Origin: the human T2T-CHM13v2.0 reference genome, Homo sapiens
Strand: one strand, 5' to 3'
Assembly (NCBI RefSeq): GCF_009914755.1
Contig: NC_060926.1
DNA: 64,000 nucleotides
Shown here: positions 54,601 to 64,000 of the stretch, in pieces
Position numbering within the stretch: position 1 is the first letter of the stretch
How the letters are laid out: each line of letters opens with the position of its first letter
Notes under the pieces: generated by a model
What the model was told of the DNA's origin: nothing
What the model saw: the letters and a program-made list of their open reading frames with translations, nothing else
Database searches by the model: none
Position numbers and translations under genes: made by a program

Positions 54601-55469
54601 GAATTATTTTTTCAAATGTGCATAAAAAATTTGGGACAATACTTGATGATTTGTGAATATTTAATAATGTCAACTATTATTTTTACAAAGCGTTTTAGTA
54701 GTAAATATAGTAGTCAATAGCATTTAAAACTACCCAAATATTCCTTATAGGAAAATTCTTAAATAAAATATATCATATCAATATTGGCAAATGATTGTTG
54801 ATCAATAGGTATTTGTTGAAAGAATGCTTAATTCTGGTTGGTTTGGATGAAACTGCTTTATAGTGTGGTTTTCCACGCATGCTGGCTGGTTGAGAACATC
54901 ATCTGTCTTGGTTTGAGAAGACGCATCTCTCTGTCCTGTCAGATGGGAGCCGCAAGATGGGTTCACAAGGGGATCAAACTGAAGGCTGTCTTCCAAGTGG
55001 GGGGACTCCTCTGACCTCAGGGTGTTACCAACCGCGTGAGCCACAGTCCTGACTCTCCAAACCCACATATATCACCCTGATGTTCCTTAGAGCAATTGCT
55101 GTCTCTTGTCCCTTGATCCTCTAGAGGATGGCAGCTGCCCTGTTCCACACCCTGAGGACTGTGGTAGCTGCTGACTCTGAGCCACAACCTAGCACTGCTG
55201 TAGCAGTTGCTGTGTGCTCATGTTATGAAATGCAGGCTCTTATGCATGCTTCACTCCATGTAGGATCTGGTTTGTTTCCACTTTTAGTAATTCTCACTCA
55301 CCTGTGGTATGCTTTTCGTTCTCCAAAGCTATCTGATTCGATGATTTCATGTGCTGGGGAAGGTGGAGGGCAAGATTCCTGAAGGCTGGCTGAGTGCATT
55401 CTAGGGCATCAGGACAGGACTGGGTCTTTGGACAATTTCACATTTCAATTTTTCTATCTCTGGTGATAG

Positions 55470-56257
<788 letters not shown>

Positions 56258-56856
56258 CTCAGTAGGATCATGTTCTGACCCTCCCTTGGGAGTAGGCTGG
56301 CAAAGGGCAGGGGCCTAAGAGCCCAGGGTTACCGGATCTATGCTTCTCCAGTCCAGCCTCCTGCAGGCTGTCAGACTCTAGGCTGTGTCTCCCGTGATCT
56401 GTGGTCGCCTCCTGCAGGCTTCCCGCCTTGGTTGACACAGGCCCCGAGAGCCTCATGAGTACTGGTAAAGTAGGATGTCACTCTCCTCTGCTTCACATTC
56501 TGTCAAAGATTCCTGCGCTCCAGCTTGTTAATCTTTTCCCTAGTGAAGCAACTGTGGTTTTACTGCTCAACTAGTTAGTTCTACTTGAGATCTAAAGAGG
56601 AAAATAAAACACATCTAACAACATGACTGATTTTAGTAATTTTGGAAAACTCCTCATCTACTACCCCCCCGCACACACACAATCACATCTTCCTAATGAT
56701 GTTTTTCAGTCTTTAGTTTTCAAGATTATTAATTATTTATTTTATAAAGTAATATGTGTTTTAATTTAAAATTATAGGTAGGATAAGAATATAATAACTT
56801 AAAACTACAAACATTCCTATAAAGATAGTTTGTATAAAATCTTGGTTCATTTCTTT

Positions 56857-57128
56857 TTTTTTTTTTTTGAGATGGAATCTCGCTCTGTCGCCCAGGCTGG
56901 AGTGCAGTGGCGCGATCTGGGTTCACTGCAAGCTGCACCTCCCGGGTTCACGCCAATTCTCCTGCCTCAGCCTCCCGAGTAGCTGGGACTACAGGCGCCC
57001 GCCACCACATCTGGCTAATTTTTTGTATTTTTAGTAGACACAGGGTTTCACCATGTTAGCCAGGATGGTCTTGGTTTCCTAACCTCGTGATCCACCCACC
57101 TCGGCCTCCCAAAGTGCTGGGATTACAG
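56857..57128 (-). mobile_element. AluY, about 20 nt 5'-truncated
   Basis: AluY diagnostics. 14-bp TSD tggttcatttcttt at 56843-56856 and 57129-57142. Confidence 0.95.
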
Positions 57129-57821
57129 TGGTTCATTTCTTTATACATACCTTCTTTTTTTAAATTTCATAAAACCAGTAATGTGTTTTCATTATGTTGC
57201 GGTTGTTTGATGACACGTGATTTCACGGGATCTATGTAGTTGCATCATAGCTTCCATCCTGGGGCACTTTTGTTACATCTGTTTGTTTTCCTATCATGAG
57301 TACAAAAAATCCTTATATTTTAACCTTTCTTCCAAACTGTGATTATTTCCTTAGTACAAATTCCAAAATATTGGCCTATAAAGTACAAAAACTGTTAAAG
57401 TTCTTCCATTTTCAGCCAAGTTCTTTCCCAGAAACATTATACCAACTCCTACTCCTTCCAGCAGCCTATGAGAAAAGCCGTCTCATGGACCTACTCAGAA
57501 TTAAATAGTTTGATTTGAAAATCCAATTTGGCAGATGTATTTCACTGTTGTTTAAAATTGCAATCCTTGATTACTAGTGTGATTGAACATTTCCCCCAGT
57601 GACCTTCCTGGGCAGGTTTTTTGTCTGGTGTATGTATTGTGATCATTCTGCCTATAAACTTTAGCTTGATTTCACTTGTCATTTTTTCCATGTTATTGAT
57701 GCCTCTTTGTAAACATACATTTTAATTGCTGGGTGACACAGCATTAAATGCATATTCCACATTTACCGAATCATTTCCTAACACGGTACATTTAGGTCTG
57801 AGCTGTGCTGCTATGTCTGTC

Positions 57822-58522
<701 letters not shown>

Positions 58523-59499
58523 CTCTTCGAGCTTAAAATTTGTCTGGATTTGTAACTATTTTCTAAGATTAAATTCTCTGGAGTAAAGATAATGACTCTA
58601 AACTTTTGTGATGCATACTGTCGAAGTGATAGGGAAATAACCTCTTATTGACAATTAGCAATGAGATGTAATAAGAAACATCTTGAGTCCCCTGGTAAGA
58701 ATAGGATCTTTAATACAAACTGAAGGTAGGGACTAAGAGTCACACTCCTTCCTGGAGTCATGCCCTATAGGGTGGGGGGGGGGGGCGGGGCATGAGGCTT
58801 TCACTTGCAGAAGGATTGGGAGAGGAACCCTGGAGGAGACCCCGGGTAAGGAGACACCACTGCCACAGGCTCTACTCACCCCTGCGCCAGGGAGGCCTCC
58901 TGCCGGGACTGGAAGTCTGCTAAGAATTTCTCCCAATAGGCCATGGCTTGTCCTCCCTGGGAGCCATGGAGAGTGGCACTTCCTCAGGGGCTGGAGAAGT
59001 GGGCCTGGGCGGGTTCTGGCAGGGAAACAGAACCTCCCAATGAAGCATCCCCACTGATGACAAAGACCATCTCTGAGGGACCCTCCACTGTCCGTTTCAC
59101 CCCAGAGGTCTGCCCTGCGTCTCACTCTGTTCACATCTATTTTCCACCGGACAGACTCTAATTAAGAAACAATTCAGAATAATTAGAAGCCAGTAATGAA
59201 TAAAAGGTAATGAGACATTCGATCTGCCAGTAATTTAACAAGAGCTATGCCTTTGCTAATTAGGAAGTAAAACACCCTCATGCACTCGAGGCTGACCCGC
59301 AGTGTGCCAGTTTCTGTGGCACAGACGTGTGCCTGCAGAGACGGCAGCCGAGGGCATCAGCAAAGTGAGGCTGGATGCCCTGTCCCACTCCACAGAGAGT
59401 GATGGCCAGGACCGCAAGGCTGCAGGGGCCAAGGAAAGACACAGGCAGTGCTGACGGCCTCAGGTCGCCAAGCCCTTTCTGAGTGGCAGTCACTGTGCA

Positions 59500-59670
59500 G
59501 TGGCTTTAAATAGATGCTCCCATTTAATCCTCGAACAAACTGGAAGGTACAGACTGTTCCCCTCTATTTAAAAATAAAGAAACTGGCTTCTGGTGGGAAC
59601 TCAACCAGTGAAGGGAAGAGCTATTATTAATAATTCAAGTCTGTCTCGTTTCAAAACCTGGGATTTTCCA
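59500..59670 (-). mobile_element. MIR SINE
   Basis: 'catttaatcctcgaacaaac..gaaggta..ctatttaaaaataaagaaactgg'. Confidence 0.55.
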
Positions 59671-59929
59671 CTTTTTGTAATGGCCTTGGAAATCTTGAGA
59701 CAATTAATCAATTGCTTTAGGCAAATTCCTGCTGGTGTTCTGTTTCCTTCCTAATTAATGTTGGAATAATTGAGATGGGCAGCTCAGCCTTACTTCTAGT
59801 GTGACTGTTCTGTCAAGTCAGCTGCAATGGCCCTGATGAGATTTTCCCCATTTTTGAAGAAAAAGTGGAAACAGTAAATTAGCCTCATTTCAGCAGACCC
59901 CTCCAGGAGGTGTCTTCCTCAGCCCACCA

Positions 59930-61470
59930 GGATGAATGCATTTGCTTAAAATGGTTGTGACTAAACTTCTCATCACAGCTCCAACAAGGAAAAAGCTTGG
60001 AAGCCATTACATTAGTCCTTACGACAGGAAAAGGTTGGACAAGGTGAAAATCAGCAACTTTCTGGGGTCCAGGAGAGGCCTGAGGTCCAGGGCACATCTT
60101 CACCCTGAAATCTGTGGGGTCAGACACATCTAGAGAGATATCACACCTGAGCTTCTGCACCACGACCAGAAGTCACTGGAACCATAACTTGATGGAAACA
60201 TTTATCTACCTGTAATGTTTGATAAATTGCTGGAGGCCAAGTACAGATTAGCATGATAATGAGAAAATTCTGAAGGGTCTCTTCCCCACTGTCATTGGTT
60301 GGGGGGGACATTTCACAGGCTTTCTTTCCAGTTACCCCCACCAAGTTTCTCATGGTGAGGCTCTCAGAAAGATGCCCTGATGGCCTTGGCAGGGGCAGGA
60401 GACAAATGGCCCTGGTATGACCCTCCCAGGCCCTTCTCCCTAACAGAAGCCCACTCTCCAGGGGCAGGACATCCCCAGAGGGCAACACAGTAACCTCACC
60501 TCAGCAAGGGGTTGGGGAATACTGCCTTTCCCCAGACCCCTCCAGCTTTTCTGTCTCACCTAAAGGAAAACATTAAAGAATGTGGTCAATAGGGAACATG
60601 AATCCAAGGATATGGATCGGAAATGGAGGAACCGAGACCTTTGTGAAGACCACAGCATGAGGAAGGCCCTGCACCTCACCACCACAAAAACAAGCTTCCA
60701 GTATAAAGACCGGCCTGTGGCTGAAAGAGTCAAAACACAGTCTCTCTGAGGAGCAGTGCAAAAGGAAGCCCCCGAGCCAAGAAGAGATGTAAACCAAGAC
60801 ACCGAAGGAATCTGCAGCCTTGGCACCTACAAACAGCCCACATTAGACATGCCCAACTTCAGCTGGATTCACATAAGTTCTCACACAAAAGGCCTTTAAC
60901 CTCAGTTCCTGTAACCTAATATATCATGTCTAGCTTTTGACATAAAATTGCAAGGAGGGCTACAAGGCAAGAGAAAACACAGTCTGAAGAGACAAAGCTA
61001 TCATTAGACCCAGACTCATGTAGGACACAGCTGGTAGGATTATCAGACAGGGAATCTAAAATAACTATGACAACTATGGTAAGGACTCTAATAAAATAAT
61101 GTGCACAATGTGCAAGACCAGATGGGTGACGCTAACAGAGAGAAAGAAATGAAAGAAATGGAATCCAAGGGAAATGGTAGAAATAAAAATCATTGTAGTG
61201 AAAATGAAAAATGTCTTTGATGGGCTCATTGAGGAGACTTTATGCAGCTAAGGAGGAGTCACTGAACTTGAAGGTAGCTCAAGAGAAACTTCTCAAACCA
61301 AAACACAAGGAGGGAGGATGAAAAACACAGAACAGAATGTCCTGGGACAATTTCAAAAGGCATGCCTATACTTAATAGGAATGAGAGAACAAGAAGAAAG
61401 AGAGGATAGAGCAGAAGGAATATTTGCAGTGCTCATAGCCAAGAAATTTCAGAAATTACTGAGAGACATT
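59930..61470 (+). mobile_element. Old L1M 5' region and start of ORF1
   Basis: Motifs 'aaggcaagagaaaacacagtctgaagagacaaagc', 'attatcagacagggaatctaaaataactatga' and 'aaaaatgtctttgatgggctcatt'. Confidence 0.7.
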
Positions 61471-61845
61471 TAAAGACTGAGACTTACTCAGACTATTAAT
61501 CTATAACATAGAGATTAGCCATGGAACAAGAAGGAAAAGGGCAGAAGTTTTGGATGACTGTTTCTTTGAAGCCTCAAGTCCCTTCAGATGTGTTCCATGG
61601 CCTTCCCACCTACAAAGGCTCTGAATCAGGGTTACTGCATCCTCCACCTGGTTGGCTTCCTCATCGAGGAAACCTCCCTTTGAAAAAGCCTTTTCTACCT
61701 GGCCCATACCTGCCCAGCTTCCATGAGCTTCAGGCGGCCTCTGGCCTGACCCCTCTGTCAGACCAGCTATAGGCAGTTCTGAAGATGGACATCTCTACTG
61801 GCCAAAGCTCCATCCTCCACCTGCTGGTTAAAATGTATATGAGAA

Positions 61846-61903
61846 CATGCGTGCGTATGTGTGCATGTATGTGTGTGCGTGTGTGTGCACGTGTGTGTGT
61901 GTG
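61846..61903. repeat. Degenerate (TG)n repeat
   Basis: Directly visible. Confidence 0.85.
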
Positions 61904-62518
61904 TTGAATATTCTTACTCCTTCACCATTTACAGTTGACTGCAACATATTAATTTATGCAGTCCCTGTGTTTAATTTTTCTTCAAATAGAAATGTTTAGT
62001 CTCCCAGGCTTTCTTGAATGTTTCCCTAAGAAGGCGTCCAGGTTTATGAAGCTGAGCAGCTTCTGGATCTTTAAGGCAGTGTGGGGAATGGCAGGGAAAA
62101 AATCCACAGTCTCCTTCTGGGCTTTAGCTGGTGTCTGCTGGTCTCTAGGTGATGTGCCTTGTCTTCCTGTTCCTATTGTGCCCCGATAAACTCTGATGAT
62201 GCCAGCTATTGCTGCATGGACTTGTGGATCATTCTCCTGCCAAAATAGTGCTCATGGAGGGTCCCACCAGGTGACTTGGCCCCATATAGTAGTTCAGTAG
62301 CTGCAGATCTTCTTGGCAGCCCCTTCATCCAGCTTGCTGTTCCAGTGAGCCACTGTCTAACGTCTGCTGCAAGGTCAGTTCCCCAGCCTCAGTGGATCTC
62401 TTCGCAGGACATAAATTGCATCTCAAAAGGAGGGCAGGGAAGATGTAGAGAAATCATGGTGTGCTCCCTTTGCAAAGGGAGCTCCTCTCAGTGACTCAGA
62501 GGTAAAGGATTCAGCCAA

Positions 62519-62873
<355 letters not shown>

Positions 62874-63193
62874 TTAATGTACCTCATTCTTTCTAGGCAC
62901 TAATCAGATTTGCAAGTACTGGGAGAAGAGGTACATTGCTGACTGCAACCCATGTGAATGCTAGCAAAAGGCTCAGTTTCTAATTGGTATGCATTTATAT
63001 AAAATAGCCTAGGGGAGGTCTTTGTAATTGCTTATGGTGTGACCTAAAAGCCCAAACATAGGGTTTGGCCAGGACAGGAGCTGACTCCCCAGGCAAGATT
63101 CAATAATGGCTTTAGAATGGATGGACACAGGGTTGATACCTTTTCACTTTTGCTGCCTCCTCACACTATATAATTTCATACTCCCAGAATGAA

Positions 63194-63257
63194 AGATCGG
63201 TGCTGATCAGGCTTTCACATGAGTTAGATTGGTTCTGATCAGGCTTTCACATGAGTT
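63194..63257. repeat. 32-bp tandem duplication (30/32 identical)
   Basis: agat(c/t)ggt(g/t)ctgatcaggctttcacatgagtt occurs twice. Confidence 0.95.
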
Positions 63258-64000
63258 CTAAACAGCCCAGAAATTAGTAGCACTGTCTTAGGCAACTCTG
63301 GAGGCACAGGCAAATCAGGGTGGCAGAATCTGCCCCAACACCATGGCTACCAGAGCAGCAGCACTTATACACTGGGGATCCCTCTATGTTTTTCTCTTTA
63401 AAAAGTTACTTCTGATTTTTAAAAAGTTAGAAATTGAATGTGCTAGATGGCCATCATTTCTCCGTTTATTTTTCAGATCCTGTGACTGCAATAATGTTTC
63501 TGCCACCCCCATGCCTCTATTATGTGATACTTTCGCTTTTTTGACCCAGAGGAAAAAGTTAAACATACATGCTGATCTCACTGAACCCCTTTATTGCACA
63601 AAGCTTTGCTTGCATCCCCCAAAGGTGTAATGAGACACAGGGATAGGAACGACCTTTCAGGTCTCAGAGTAAGATGGACCAGGCTGAGAGAGTAGGCAAG
63701 TTCTTAATTCTCATCTGAGCTTTGTCATCCTCCCAAACTGTCATCTCAATGCTGCCTGCCATGCTTCTGTTCCACATTTCTTTTTTAACAGCTTCTCCAG
63801 TAACTAGGACATTTTTATATTATCATTCTTGGAATACTAATGTGCTTTCCATCAAAAGCTTTAGGGTAATTAAATTGAAGAGAGGGGAAAATGAATAAAA
63901 TTTGTCATATAAAATAATGATCCAGTCTGTTGATTGTATCATGTGGACCAATTATAGCCTTGCCAAAGATCAAAGTCACCTGAAATTGCCATTTCTACTT

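Overview
This window is primate genomic DNA, almost certainly human because it carries an AluYa5. It is non-coding and dominated by repeats, consistent with intergenic or deep-intronic sequence. I found no credible host protein-coding gene, RNA gene or CRISPR-like array. ORFs that resemble known proteins are fragments of L1 ORF2, Alu-derived frames or a decayed ERVL protease; the rest arise from low-complexity or GC-rich LTR sequence. Much of the window is identifiable mobile DNA: ten Alus, four primate L1PA insertions, several old L1M elements, MaLR/ERVL/ERV1 LTRs and hAT DNA transposons. Repeat subfamily names come from my recollection of consensus sequences, not a database search, and boundaries of old repeats are approximate. 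I cannot support a previously undescribed biological system. The most notable structures are: (1) a 182-bp ungapped, ~90% identical inverted duplication of part of an MLT1 LTR; (2) a ~60-bp inverted L1 between perfect 16-bp TSDs; (3) an L1PA with an in-frame ~3-kb internal deletion; (4) an ERVL provirus remnant with LTR, tRNA-Ser-like PBS and dead protease, nested in an L1; (5) an LTR12 solo LTR with a CCAAT array; (6) a young AluYa5; and (7) unique-looking blocks rich in homeodomain motifs that may be enhancers.
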